Source: an uncultured Actinomycetes bacterium (GTDB taxonomy: Bacteria > Actinomycetota > Thermoleophilia > Gaiellales > Gaiellaceae). Taken from it: a stretch of 64,000 bases of DNA. Under the pieces are notes generated by a model. That model had not been told where the DNA came from. It saw nothing but the letters and a program-made list of their open reading frames with translations, and made no database searches. This document shows, in pieces, positions 46,415 to 59,306 of the stretch. Numbering within the stretch: the stretch's first letter is position 1; every line of letters begins with the position of its first letter. Made by a program: the position numbers and the translations under genes. The stretch spans positions 155,866 through 219,865 of the forward strand of contig CAVYQG010000002.1 in NCBI GenBank assembly GCA_963770595.1. Reading direction: 5' to 3'.

Positions 46415-47906
46415 TCAGACCGTCGCGGCGGTCGCGAGCTTGTCGCGCAGGTACGCGAGGTACGGCTCGGGGTCGATCGGGCCGCCGGCGACGCGCTCGA
46501 TCGTCTCGGCCGGGGTGTACTTCGACCCGAGCGCGTAGAGGTTCTCGCGCAGCCAGCCGTGCAGCTCGGCGAAGTCGCCGCGCTCGATCTGCTCCTCGAC
46601 GTCCGGGATCGCCTCCTTCGCGCGCTCCCAGATCTGGACCGAGAGGACGCTGCCGAGGAGGTAGGTCGGGAAGTAGCCGAAGCCGCCGCCGGCCCAGTGC
46701 GAGTCCTGAAGGACGCCGAGCTTGTCGTCCGGGACAGCGGAGCCCGATCAGCTCCTCGAAGCGCGTCTTCCATGCGTCGGGCAGGTCCTTGACCGCCAGC
46801 CGTCCCGCGACGAGCTCCTGCTCGAGCTCGAAGCGCAGGATGATGTGGAGGCCGTAGCTCGTCTCGTCGGCGTCCACCCGGATGTAGCTGCGGCGAGCGC
46901 GGTTCACGGCGCGATGGAACTCCTCGACGCGGACGCCGCCGAAGTGGTCGGAGAACGTCTCCTGCAGGCGCGGGTAGAACCACCGCCAGAACGGCAGCGA
47001 GCGGCCGACGACGTTCTCCCACATCCGGCTCTGGGACTCGTGCAGCGCGGAGGACACTCCGTGCTGGAGCGGGGTGCGGTCGAGCGCGCGGTCGATGCCG
47101 TGCTCGTACAGCCCGTGGCCGGCCTCGTGCATCGCGGTGAAGAGCGAGTTGACGTCGTCCTCCGCGTAGCGCGTCGTGAGCCGGACGTCGCCGGCGCCGA
47201 ACGTGACCTCGAACGGGTGCACGGTGAGGTCGAGCCGGAACTCGTTCCAGTCCACGCCGAAGCGCCCGATGACCTCGCGCGAGAGTGCGTCCTGGAGGTC
47301 GGTCGGGAACGAGCCGTGCAGGATGTCTCCGTCGTCGTCCGACGCGTGCTCGGCGACGAGCGCCGTCAGCTCCGGCTGGAGCCGCGCGAAGATCGTCCTC
47401 ACCTCGTCGGTCTTCATGCCCTGCTCGAAGTCGTCGAGGAGGACGTCGTACGGGTCGTCGTACGGCGCGAAGAACTCGACGTACTCGCGGCGCAGCTCGA
47501 GCATCCGCTCGAGCCACGGCCGGAAGGCGGCGAAGTCGTCGTTCTCGCGGGCCGTGACCCACGCCTGGTAGGAGCGTGCCTGAGCCTCGGTGAACTCGGC
47601 GGTCCACTCGGTCGGGATCCGGCGGGCCTTGTCCCACTCGTACCGTGCCAGACGCACGAGGCAGCGGTCGTCGTCGTCCGCCGGGAGCGTCTCGGCCGAC
47701 GGCTCGACCGCGTCGAGGAGCTCGCCGATGCGGTCGGAGGTCGAGCGGTCGTGGATGATCGCCGCGAGCGTCGCGAGCTGCTTCGAGCGTGCTGCGCCGC
47801 CGCCGGGAGGCATCCAGACCTCCATGTCCCAGTGCAGGACGCTCTGTGCGCGACCGAGGTCCTCGATCTCCGCGAGGTGGGTCTTCAGCTCGGCGAGGGC
47901 CGGCAT
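46415..47906 (-). CDS. Carboxypeptidase M32 (Taq-type thermostable carboxypeptidase family); one frame break near 46740
   Basis: HWDMEVWMPPGG, HPF, zinc site HEAGHGLYE, IRVDADETSY. After the break: GVLQDSHWAGGGFGYFPTYLLGS...LRDKLATAATV with stop at 46415. Confidence 0.88.
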
Positions 47907-47998
47907 CGGTCGCCACGGCGGGCACTCTAGTCACGCGCTGCAGGTGCTCGTCGGGCCAGGGGCTCGGTCACCTCCGAGGGCGGCTATACACTGAAAAC

Positions 47999-48244
47999 GT
48001 GGCGAACGAGTCGCCGGAGCTCTTCGACGACATCTACCTCGGACTCCAGGCGGGTGGGGCCGTGCGCAAGCAGCGCCGCGGGGAGCCGCTCTCGGCCGAG
48101 GAGGAAGAGGTCCTGGGGCGCTGGCAGCGGCTCTCGCTCTGGCGCAAGTTCATCGCGGTCGGCGCGTTCGCGCTCGGCACGTTCGGGCTCGGGTTCACGG
48201 TCGGCGGCCTCGTGTTCGGTCGCTGGCGCACCGCGCGCCGCTGA
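47999..48244 (+). CDS. Small membrane protein (81 aa), hypothetical
   Basis: GTG 47999 is preceded by TACACT at 6 nt (leaderless pattern). One TM segment [24 protein letters not shown]. Confidence 0.4.
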   Translation: MANESPELFDDIYLGLQAGGAVRKQRRGEPLSAEEEEVLGRWQRLSLWRKFIAVGAFALGTFGLGFTVGGLVFGRWRTARR

Positions 48245-48252
48245 CGACGCCG

Positions 48253-48609
48253 CTACGCGAAGGCCCCGATCTGCTCGGAGTAGTACTGCATCTGCTGCTG
48301 GAGCCGTCCTTCGAGATCGGCGCCGACCACGCCCAGGCCGTCGACGATGAAGCCCGCGCGGATCATGAGCTGCGCGAACTCGTCGCTGACACGGATCGCG
48401 GCGAGCTTGTCGGCGTCTCCGCGAGCGAGGATGAACCCGTCGAGGTCGCCGCCGTGCGGCTCGAGGAAGACGGGCTCGAAGCTCGCGATCGCGCCCTCCT
48501 CCTGCTGACGCGCGAAGAACGAGATCGTCTCGTCGAAGACCTCGAGGGCCGCGGTCTCGCGGCCGCGCACGACCGCGCCCCACCCGATGAAGAGACCAGC
48601 GTCCGCCAT
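48253..48609 (-). CDS. Conserved hypothetical protein (118 aa)
   Basis: GGAGG 7 nt upstream of the ATG. Balanced composition ([27 protein letters not shown]...). Confidence 0.6.
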   Translation of the reverse strand: MADAGLFIGWGAVVRGRETAALEVFDETISFFARQQEEGAIASFEPVFLEPHGGDLDGFILARGDADKLAAIRVSDEFAQLMIRAGFIVDGLGVVGADLEGRLQQQMQYYSEQIGAFA

Positions 48610-48669
48610 GTCCTACCTCCGTTCGAAGCTGACCTCGCGGAGGATGGCAGGCGACCAGCCCACGTGCTA

Positions 48670-48685
48670 TCGAACGTCTGTTCGA
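48670..48685 (+). promoter_or_regulatory. LexA (SOS) box TCGAAC-GTCT-GTTCGA upstream of uvrA
   Basis: Perfect match to the actinobacterial/Gram-positive SOS operator TCGAAC-N4-GTTCGA. It sits 5 nt upstream of a -10-like TACACT (48691-96) and 21 nt before the uvrA ATG. Confidence 0.7.
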
Positions 48686-48705
48686 CCGGCTACACTGACC
48701 GGTCG

Positions 48706-51549
48706 ATGAACGCGGCCGAGCTCGTCGTCCACGGGGCGCGAGAGCACAACCTGAAGAACGTCACCGTGAGCGTCCCGCGGAACGCTCTCGTGTGCGTGAC
48801 CGGGCTCTCCGGCTCCGGCAAGTCGTCGCTCGCGTTCGACACGATCTACGCGGAGGGCCAGCGCCGCTACGTCGAGTCGCTGTCCGCGTACGCGCGCCAG
48901 TTCCTGCAGATGATGGAGAAGCCCGACGTCGACTCGATCGACGGCCTCTCCCCGGCGATCTCGATCGACCAGAAGACGACCTCGCGCAACCCGCGCTCGA
49001 CGGTCGGCACGGTGACCGAGATCTACGACTACCTGCGCCTCCTGTACGCGCGCATCGGGCGCCCGCACTGCCCGATCTGCGGCCGGCCGATCGCGGGGCA
49101 GTCGCTCGACCAGATCGTCGAGCAGGTGCTGCGGCTCGACGAGGGCACGAAGTTCACGGTCAACGCGCCGGTCGTCCGCGACCGCAAGGGCGAGTACAAG
49201 GACGTCCTCGAGGAGCTGCGCCGCGACGGGTTCACGCGCGTGAAGGTCGACGGCGAGGCACGGCTGCTCGAGGAGGAGATCGAGCTCGACAAGAAGTTCA
49301 AGCACACGATCGAGGTGGTCGTCGACCGGCTCGTGATGAAGGCCGACCTGCGGCAGCGGCTCACGCAGTCGATCGAGACCGCGACCTCGCTCGCCGAGGG
49401 GCTCGTCGGTCATCGACGTCGTCGACGGTGAGTCGATGACGTTCTCCGAGAACTTCGCGTGCCCCGAGCACGGCGTCTCGCTGCCGGAGCTCGAGCCGCG
49501 GGTCTTCTCGTTCAACTCGCCGCACGGCGCGTGCCCGCGCTGCACCGGCCTCGGCTCGCAGCTCGAGATCGACCCGGAGCTGCTCGTCCCCGACGGCTCG
49601 GTGTCGATCGAGGAGGGCGCGCTCGTGCCCTGGACGATCGGGAGCCAGAGCTTCTACGACAGCGTCATCGAGGCGATCGCGGAGCGGTACGAGATCCCGC
49701 TCGACGACCCCTGGCGCGAGCTCACCCCCGAGCAGCAGGACAAGTTCCTGTACGGGACCGGCGGCGACAAGATCTTCGTGACCTACCGCAACCGCATGGG
49801 ACGCAAGCGCCAGTACACGATGGCGTTCGAGGGGCTCGTGACGAACCTCGAGCGCCGCTACAAGGAGACGGACTCGTCGCAGCAGCGCGAGCGGATCGAG
49901 GAGTACATGAGCTTCCGTCCCTGCCCGACCTGCGGCGGGGCGAGGCTCAAGCCCGAGGTCCTCGCGGTGACGATCGGCGAGAAGTCGATCCACGAGTTCA
50001 CGCGCATGTCGGTGACGCGCGCGCTGCTCTTCCTCGACGAGCTCGAGCTGACGAAGACCGAGGAGCTGATCGGGAGGCGGATCGTGAAGGAGGTGCGCGA
50101 GCGGCTCACGTTCCTCGACAACGTCGGCGTCGGCTACCTCCAGCTCGACCGCGCGGCGAAGACGCTGTCGGGCGGCGAGGCGCAGCGGCTCCGGCTCGCG
50201 ACGCAGATCGGGTCGCAGCTCGTCGGGCGTCCTGTACATCCTCGACGAGCCCTCGATCGGGCTCCACCAGCGGGACAACGGCAGACTGATCGCGACGCTC
50301 GAGCGGCTCCGCGACCTCGGGAACACCGTGCTCGTCGTCGAGCACGACGAGCAGATGATGCGGTCGGCCGACTGGCTGGTGGACATGGGCCCGGGCGCGG
50401 GCGAGCACGGCGGCGAGGTCGTCGCGGACGGGACGGCGGACGACGTCGCGGCGACCGAGGGATCGATCACGGGCCAGTTCCTGAGCGGCGAGCGGCGCAT
50501 CGCGGTGCCGCCGCGGCGCGGCGACGACGGCCGCGGCTGGTTCGGCGTGCGCGGCGCGTCGATGCACAACCTCAAGGACGATCGACGTCGACTTCCCGGT
50601 CGGGCGCTTCGTCGCGGTCACGGGCGTGTCGGGCTCGGGGAAGTCGACGCTCGTGAACGAGGTGCTCTTCAAGGCGCTCGCGAACCGGCTCAACCGGACG
50701 CGGGTCAAGCCCGGCGACCACGAGGACGTCGTCGGCATCGACTGCTTCGACAAGGTCATCGACATCGACCAGAGCCCGATCGGCCGAACGCCCCGCTCGA
50801 ATCCCGCAACGTACACCGACCTCTTCACGCACGTGCGCGAGCTCTACTCGCTGACACCGGAGGCGAAGATCCGCGGCTACAAGCCGGGCCGCTTCTCGTT
50901 CAACGTGCGCGGCGGGCGCTGCGAGGCATGCAAGGGCGACGGCACGATCAAGATCGAGATGCACTTCCTTCCCGACGTCTACGTCCCCTGCGAGACGTGC
51001 CACGGGCGGCGGTACAACAAGGAGACGCTCGAGGTGCGCTTCAAGGGCAAGTCGATCGCGGACGTGCTCGAGATGTCCGTGGAGGAGGCGCTCGAGTTCT
51101 TCGCGAAGATCCCGAAGATCCGCCGTCGTCTGCAGACGCTGCACGACGTCGGGCTCGACTACGTCAAGCTCGGCCAGCCCGCGACGACGCTCTCGGGCGG
51201 CGAGGCGCAGCGCGTGAAGCTCGCGGCGGAGCTCTCGAAGGTCGCGACCGGGAAGACGCTCTACATCCTCGACGAGCCGACGACGGGCCTCCACTTCGCG
51301 GACATCGAGAAGCTTCTGGAGGTCCTGCAGCGGCTCGTGGACTCCGGGAACACGGTGCTCGTGATCGAGCACAACCTCGACGTGATCAAGCAGGCCGACT
51401 GGATCGTCGACCTCGGCCCCGAGGGCGGCGAGGCCGGCGGCGAGATCATCGCCGCGGGGACTCCCGAGGACGTCGCCGGCGTCGAGGACTCCGCGACCGG
51501 CCACTTCCTGCGCGGCGTCCTCGCGGAGCCGGCAGCGGCCGCGGCCTAG
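48706..51549 (+). CDS. uvrA: Excinuclease ABC subunit A; three frame breaks (~49412, ~50232, ~50583)
   Basis: [44 protein letters not shown], zinc modules CPICG / CPEHG...CPRCTG / [21 protein letters not shown], second P-loop [23 protein letters not shown]. At two of the breaks an extra G in a G run restores the frame. Confidence 0.95.
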
Positions 51550-51561
51550 GCAGTCACCGGC

Positions 51562-52870
51562 TCAGGTCGTGCGGCAGCCGCGGCAGCCGGCGTTCTCGAG
51601 CGCGTAGATCCGACCCTTTCCGATCAGGAGCGCGCGCTCTCCGGCGACGACGAGGGGGGAGTACTGACCGTCGGCGAAGCGCCACGTCGAGCTCGCCCGT
51701 CGTCGCGTCGAGGACGGAGATCTCCTGCGCCTTCGTCGCGACGTACACGCGGCCGTTCGTCACCGTCGGCGAGCCGAGGATCTTCCCGCCGAGCTCCTGC
51801 TTCCAGAGCACGCTCCCGTCCCGCGCAGACAGGGCGTAGAAGCTGCCTGCGAGCGTCCCGACGTACACCGTTCGCTGCCAGACGGCTGCGGAGCCGTAGA
51901 TCGGCCCGTCGAGCTCGCGGCTCCAGCGGTGGATGCCCGTGCGCGCGTCGAACGCCGAGAACACGCCGTCGATCGTGCCGAGGAAGGCGCGCTTGTACGC
52001 GACGGCGGGCGTCGCGTAGTACCCGCCCTCGGACCACGAGCGACGGCTGAGCAGGCTGCGGACGCCGAGCAGCAGCCGCACTTCGGCGTCGTCCGAGAAA
52101 GCCGTGGCGTTCCAGCGCAGCCGGCCGGTCCTCGTCGCGAAGCCGTAGAGGTTGCGGTCGTACGCAGACACGAAGACCGTCCCGCCCACGACGGCGGGGC
52201 TCGACGCGACCTTGCTCGCGATCGGCGCGCTCCACAGGATCTTCCGCGGACGGCTCAGCTGCATCGCGAACACCCGCGAGTCGCTGCGACTCATGAACGA
52301 CGAGAAGTAGAGGATGTCGCCGACGATCGCCGGGCTGGCCTCGACGTTCCCCGGGTTGAACCGCCACAGCAGCTCTCCGGTCTCGAGGCTCAGCGCCGCG
52401 ATGCCGCCGCGGTCACGCTCGCCGCGCCGGCACGGCGCTGGGCCCGACCAGCCGATGTAGACGATCCCGCCCCGCAGCGCGGGCGCCGATGCGATGCACC
52501 CTCCGAGGCTCGTGGACCACGCCGGCGCCCCGTCCGAGACGCGAAAGCTCGTGACGAAGCCGTCGTGCGTGCCGAAGACGACGCGCCCCCGCGCGACTGC
52601 GGGTGGCATCTCGATCAGGCTCCCTCCGGGGAACGTGTAGACGAGCCGGAATGGCGGCCGGAGCTTCGAGGGCACGAAGCGCGTGCGCGCCGGGGAGCCG
52701 CCGAACATCGGCCAGCTCGCCTCTGGAAGCGCGTTGCGGCTCGAGCGGTGGGCACCGGCGGGCGTCTGCCGATCCGCCGCGAACGCCCCGGCGACCCCCG
52801 CGCGCAACGGCACGAAGTCGAACACGAGCCAGGCGCTCGCGCTCGCGAGCACGGCGAGCGCCACGAGCAT
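51562..52870 (-). CDS. PQQ-like (BamB-type) beta-propeller repeat protein, membrane-anchored; one frame break near 51695
   Basis: Anchor [17 protein letters not shown]. Repeated G.lyalda.tG...W units ([71 protein letters not shown]). The tail continues as [30 protein letters not shown]. Confidence 0.75.
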
Positions 52871-53099
52871 CGCCAGGCACGTGACGCCAGTGTCGGGGCC
52901 ACCGCCTCACGGCCCGACTCTAGTGACAGGCGTCGATCCGAGCGCCGTACAACGTGACCGTGCGCGGTGGTCGAGCTTGCATCGGCCGCGAGGGCCAGGC
53001 GGGCACGACCCCTACACGTCTGCAGCGGTCGGCGCCAGGAGACGGTCGAGCTCCACCTGAGCCGCGTCTGGAGGATCGAGGCCCGGCTACGCTCACGGT

Positions 53100-53759
53100 G
53101 TGACCTTCCTCGACACGGCGGGCTCGCGGGACGCGCTCTCGCCGGATCGCGCGTGGTGGCTCCGCGTGCCGGCGGTGCTCATCTCGCCGCGCCCCGTGTT
53201 CCATGCGCTCCGCGACGAGGATCCCGACGAGGTCTACGCGCGGGCCGAGCCGATCCTGCTCGTCACCTGGCTCGCCGGAGCGGCGGCCGTGCTCGCGACG
53301 CCGACCGCGGCCGGGCTGCTCGACAACCCGGACTACGACGTCCTGCTGTTCGCCGTATGGGCCTTCATCGCGGGCGGGATCTACGGCGCGGTCGGGTACT
53401 TCCTGCTCGGCTTCGCCCTGTTCTTCGGCGCGCGGCTGCTCGGGAGCCTCGGGAGCTTCCGGCGCGAACGGCAGATCGTCGGCTTCGCGCTCGTCCCGCT
53501 CGCGCTCTCGCTCGTCGTGCTCCTGCCGCTCCGGCTCGCGCTCTACGGCGGAGACACCTTCCGCGAGGGCGGCGCGGACGAGGGGGCGGGGGAGGCTGTG
53601 CTGCTCGCGCTCCAGCTCGGCTTCGCCGCCTGGTCGCTCGCGCTGCTGCTCGTGGGCGTGAAGGTCGTCCACGGCTGGAGCTGGCCGCGCTCGCTCGCGG
53701 CGGTCGGCGGGGCCGTGCTCCTGCTCGCCGCCATCGTCGGCGTGTTCGCGCTGATCTAG
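53100..53759 (+). CDS. Yip1-domain-like polytopic membrane protein
   Basis: Five hydrophobic segments. TACGCT lies 6 nt before GTG 53100. Confidence 0.6.
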   Translation: MTFLDTAGSRDALSPDRAWWLRVPAVLISPRPVFHALRDEDPDEVYARAEPILLVTWLAGAAAVLATPTAAGLLDNPDYDVLLFAVWAFIAGGIYGAVGYFLLGFALFFGARLLGSLGSFRRERQIVGFALVPLALSLVVLLPLRLALYGGDTFREGGADEGAGEAVLLALQLGFAAWSLALLLVGVKVVHGWSWPRSLAAVGGAVLLLAAIVGVFALI

Positions 53760-53764
53760 GTGCT

Positions 53765-54664
53765 CTAGCCGGACTTCGCCGGTGCGCCGGCGCCCTGCTC
53801 GAAGACCTCGAGCTCCTCCGCCGGCATCGCGTACGTGTGCTGCTCCTCCGGGAAGCGGCGCTCGCGCACGTCCGACGCGAATGCCTCGAGGGCGGAGCGG
53901 ATCGTCTCGCCGACCTCGGCATAGCGCTTGACGAAGCGAGCGGCGCGCCCGTCGTAGAGCCCGAGCAGGTCGTGCCACACGAGCACCTGGCCGTCGCAGT
54001 CCGCACCCGCGCCGATGCCGATCGTCGGGATCGTGGAGCTGCTCGGAGACGCGCCTCGCGACCGGCGCGGGGACGGCCTCGAGGACGATCGAGAAGCAGC
54101 CGGCCGCTTCGAGCGCGCGCGCGTCGGCGAGCAGCGCGAGCGCCTTCTCCGCGGTACGGCCCTGCGCCTTGAAGCCGCCGAGCGCGGTCGCCGACTGCGG
54201 GGTGAGGCCGATGTGGCCCATGACCGGGATCCCGGCGCCGACGATCGCGCGGACGCGCGACAGCATCGGGCCGGCGCCTTCGAGCTTCACGGCGTCGGCG
54301 CCCGCCTCCTTGACGAAGCGGATCGCGTTCCGCACGGCGTCCTCGTCGGTGACCTGGAACGAGCCGAACGGCATGTCGGCGATGACGAGCGGCCGCCGCG
54401 CGCCGCGCGTCACGGCCGCGGTCAGCATGAGCATCTCGTCCATCGTCGCGGGCACGGTCGAGTCGTGGCCGAGGACGGTCATCGCGGCCGAGTCGCCGAC
54501 GAGCACGAGGTCGGCGCCCGCCTGGTCGGCGAGCCGTCCGCCGGGTGCGTCGTACGCCGTCACCATGACGATCGGCTGGCGCCGCGCCTTCATCTCTGCG
54601 AGCTCGGTGACGGCGAGCTTGCCGGGAGCGGGGGTGGCCGGGGCGGGCTGCTGCGGTCGGATGC

Positions 54665-54668
<4 letters not shown>
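53765..54668 (-). CDS. panB: 3-methyl-2-oxobutanoate hydroxymethyltransferase; one frame break near 54035
   Basis: [36 protein letters not shown]...ADMPFGS...AVKLEGG...[10 protein letters not shown], then [12 protein letters not shown] in the next frame. Confidence 0.9.
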
Positions 54669-56165
<1,497 letters not shown>

Positions 56166-56227
56166 GGTTTCTCATGCTCCAGTTCCCACTCGGGGATACC
56201 GGGCACGTCCGAGTGTAGCCCCTGGCC

Positions 56228-56818
56228 TCAGGTGATGGATTCCAGCCTGCTTCGGAGGGCAGCCTCCACCGCCGGCCAGTCGTCGTCGGTCACCGAGTAC
56301 CAGGCGCTGTCCCGGTTCTCGCCGCCGCGGACGAGCATGTGCTTGCGGTGGACGCCCTCGAACGTCGCCCCGAGCGCCTCGAGCGCCCCGCGCGACCGCT
56401 CGTTCAGCGCGTCGGTCTTGAACTCGACCGTGCGGCAGCCCCATGACTCGAACGCGTGCCGCATCTGCAGCAGCTTCGCCTCGACGTTCGCGCCGGTGCC
56501 CCACGCGGACGGGTGCAGCCACGTCCAGCCGATCTCGACCGAGCCGTGCTCCGGCCGGAGCGTGAGGAAGCGCGTCGAGCCGACGACCTCTCCGTCTCGG
56601 ACGGTCACGAGCGGGATCTCCGTCCCGGCGGCCTCCTGCGCGAGCGCCTGCTCCACGAACGAGTGCCAGTCGTCACGGCTCTCCGGCTGCACGACGCTCA
56701 GCCAGCGCCAGGTCCGCGGGTCGCGCGAGGCCTCCCAGAGCTCGTCCTCCCGCTCCGGCGAGAGCGGCTCGAGCCGGACGATCCGGCCTTCGAGCACCGG
56801 GACGGTCCATCGCTCCAC
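56228..56818 (-). CDS. GNAT family N-acetyltransferase (RimJ/RimL-like)
   Basis: LEGRIVRLEPLSPEREDELWEA...GSVEIGWTWLHPSAWGTGANVEAKLLQMRHAFE...RTVEFKTDALNERSRGALEALGATFEGV. Confidence 0.8.
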   Translation of the reverse strand: MERWTVPVLEGRIVRLEPLSPEREDELWEASRDPRTWRWLSVVQPESRDDWHSFVEQALAQEAAGTEIPLVTVRDGEVVGSTRFLTLRPEHGSVEIGWTWLHPSAWGTGANVEAKLLQMRHAFESWGCRTVEFKTDALNERSRGALEALGATFEGVHRKHMLVRGGENRDSAWYSVTDDDWPAVEAALRSRLESIT

Positions 56819-56843
56819 CGGCTCCGACAGTACACTCGGCAGC

Positions 56844-57062
56844 GTGCCGATCTACGAGTACGCGTGCATGGAGTGCGAGTCGCACTTCGAGGAGCTCGTC
56901 CGCAGCGAGTCGCAGGCCGTGACCTGTCCCGAGTGCGGCGCGGCGAAGGTCCTCAAGCAGTTCTCGTCGTTCGCCGTCCACGGCGCCCAGGCGAAGCCGA
57001 GCTTCGCCGGCCCGACGGGCGCCGGCGGCGGGTGCTGCGGCGGCTCCTGCGGCTGCGGCTGA
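56844..57062 (+). CDS. FmdB-family CxxC zinc-ribbon protein
   Basis: VPIYEYACMECESHFEELV...CPECGAAKV signature with a Gly/Cys-rich tail. TACACT lies 7 nt before the GTG. Confidence 0.75.
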   Translation: MPIYEYACMECESHFEELVRSESQAVTCPECGAAKVLKQFSSFAVHGAQAKPSFAGPTGAGGGCCGGSCGCG

Positions 57063-57114
57063 GCTGGGAGAGCCTCCCGCGGCCTATCCGGCTCGGGCCG
57101 TAGACTGGCCTCCG

Positions 57115-57775
57115 ATGGATGCGGTCGAGCGTGCAGCCGCCCTCCGGGACTACGCCGACGCGACCGCCACGTGCACCCGCTGCGCGCTCGCCGAGGGCCG
57201 GACGCAGGTCGTGTTCGGCTCCGGAAGCCCGGACGCGGATCTCATGTTCGTGGGCGAGGCGCCCGGCTTCCACGAGGACCAGCAGGGCGTCCCGTTCGTC
57301 GGGCAGGCCGGCAAGCTGCTCGAGCGCCTGCTCGAGGGCATCGGCCTGTCCCGCGCGGACGTGTACATCGCGAACGTCCTGAAGTGCCGGCCTCCCGGGA
57401 ACCGCGACCCGCTGCCGGAGGAGATCGCGTCGTGCGAGCCGCACCTCTTCCGGCAGATCGAGCTGATCGAGCCGAAGCTCGTCGCGACGCTCGGGCAACT
57501 TCGCGACGAAGCTGCTGTCCGGCAAGCCGGCGGGGATCACGAACGTGCACGGGTACGAGCAGGAGGTCACGCTCGGCACCCGCACCGTGCTCCTGTACCC
57601 GATCTACCACCCCGCGGCCGCGCTCTACACGCCGTCGATGCTGAAGGTGCTCGAGGAGGACTTCGCCCGCATCCCGGGGCTGCTCGACCGCGTGATCGAG
57701 CCTGTCGCGGCGCCTCCCGAGCCGCCCGAGCCGGCTCACGTCGAGCCCGAGTCGGTCCAGCTCGGCCTCTTCTGA
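57115..57775 (+). CDS. Uracil-DNA glycosylase, family 4; one frame break near 57494
   Basis: [18 protein letters not shown]...[24 protein letters not shown]...[14 protein letters not shown], then GNFATKLL...YPIYHPAA in the next frame. TAGACT lies 8 nt before the ATG. Confidence 0.85.
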
Positions 57776-57776
57776 C

Positions 57777-58222
57777 GTGCGCGTGACGGTGGCGTCGGCC
57801 TCGGCGGAGGAGACCGAGGCCGTCGCCGGACGGCTCGCCGCTCGGGCTCCGGCCGGGCGACGTCGTCACGGTGTCGGGCGAGCTCGGGACGGGGAAGACG
57901 ACCTTCGTCCGCGGCGCGTGCCGCGCGCTCGGCGTCTCCGGCCCGGTCACGAGCCCGACGTTCACGATCGGCCATCGCTACACGGGCGCGGTCGACGTCT
58001 CGCACCTCGACCTCTATCGCTTCACGGGCGTCTCGGCCGCCGAGTGGGGCGATCTCGAGCCGTACTTCGACGACGCGATCGTCTTCGTCGAGTGGCCCGA
58101 GGCGGGGGTCGGCGTGCTCCCGGCGCCACGTGCCGCGGTCCGGCTGGACGCATGCCGGCGGAGATCGCCGCCGGATCGAGCTCGCGGCCGACGAGAGCGC
58201 GCTGCTAGAAGGCATCGACTGA
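57777..58222 (+). CDS. tsaE: tRNA t6A biosynthesis ATPase TsaE; two frame breaks (~57845, ~58150)
   Basis: GDVVTVSGELGTGKTTFVRG...SPTFTIGHRY...HLDLYRF. Operon with tsaB-rimI-tsaD. Confidence 0.8.
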
Positions 58223-58814
58223 TGCTGGTCCTGGCCTTCGACACGGCGACCGACGTGGCCACGAGCGCGCTCCTCGACGACGGGGAGGTGCTCGGCGAGC
58301 GCGAGTCCGTCGCGGGCCGGTTGCTCGAGGACGTGCGACGAGCTCCTCACTACGGCCGGGCGCAGCGCTGGCGAGCTCGACGCGCTCGTCGTCGGGACGG
58401 GCCCGGGGAGCTTCACGAGCACGAGGATCGGGCTCGCGGTCGCACGCGGGCTCGCGCTCGCGCTCGACCTGCCCGTCGCGGGGGTCTCCACGCTCGACGC
58501 GCTCGGGACGTCCCGCGAGGGCGCGTACCCGGTCGTCGACGCGAGGCGGCGCGAGGTCTTCGTCCCGGGGCCGCTGGCCCTCGGGCCGGACGACGTCGAG
58601 CTCGACCCGGGTGTCCTCTGCATCGGCAGCGGCGCGGTGCGCTACCGGTCGACGTTCGAGGACAAGGGCGCGGTCGTTCCCGCCCGACGACGACCCGGTC
58701 CACCTGCCGCACGCCCGGCTCCACGCAGCGCTCGCCGGCGACCCGGAGGACGTCGAGCTGCTGCTTCCCGTCTACGTCCGCGCGCCGGACGCGAAGGCGC
58801 GGAGCACGACGTGA
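58222..58814 (+). CDS. tsaB: tRNA t6A biosynthesis protein TsaB; two frame breaks (~58335, ~58680)
   Basis: MLVLAFDTATDVATSALL...LDALVVGTGPGSFTSTRIGLAVARGLALAL. TGATG overlap with tsaE. Confidence 0.8.
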
Positions 58815-59306
58815 CCGTGGAGCTCCGCCGCCTCGATCAGCGCGACCTCGACTGCCGTCGAGGAGATCGAGCGGGCGTCGTACCCGACGCCGTGGTCGCA
58901 CGCGATGTTCGCGGCCGAGCTCCGGAAGCAGAGCTCGCTCGCGCTCGGCGCGTTCGGCGAGGACGGGTGAGCTCGTCGGCTATCGCGTTCGTCTCGCGCT
59001 ACGTCGACGCCTGGCACGTCATGAACGTCGCCGTCATCCCCGAGCACCGCCGGCACGGGATCGCGACCGCGCTCCTCGAGCGCCTGTTCGAGGTCACCGC
59101 GTCGGACGCCGCGACGCGGCTACACGCTCGAGGTGCGGGTGTCGAACGCAGACGCCATCCGGCTCTACGAGCGCCTCGGCTTCGAGCCCCGCGGCATCCG
59201 GCGCGGGTACTACACCGACAACCGTGAGGACGCCGTGATCATGTGGCGAGAGCCAGCTTCCGCCGACGCGGAAGCGGCTGACGGGGAGCGCGCCGTCGGT
59301 GGGTGA
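58811..59306 (+). CDS. rimI: Ribosomal-protein-alanine N-acetyltransferase RimI; about four frame breaks
   Basis: [17 protein letters not shown]...[35 protein letters not shown]...[35 protein letters not shown] overlaps at both ends. Confidence 0.8.
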
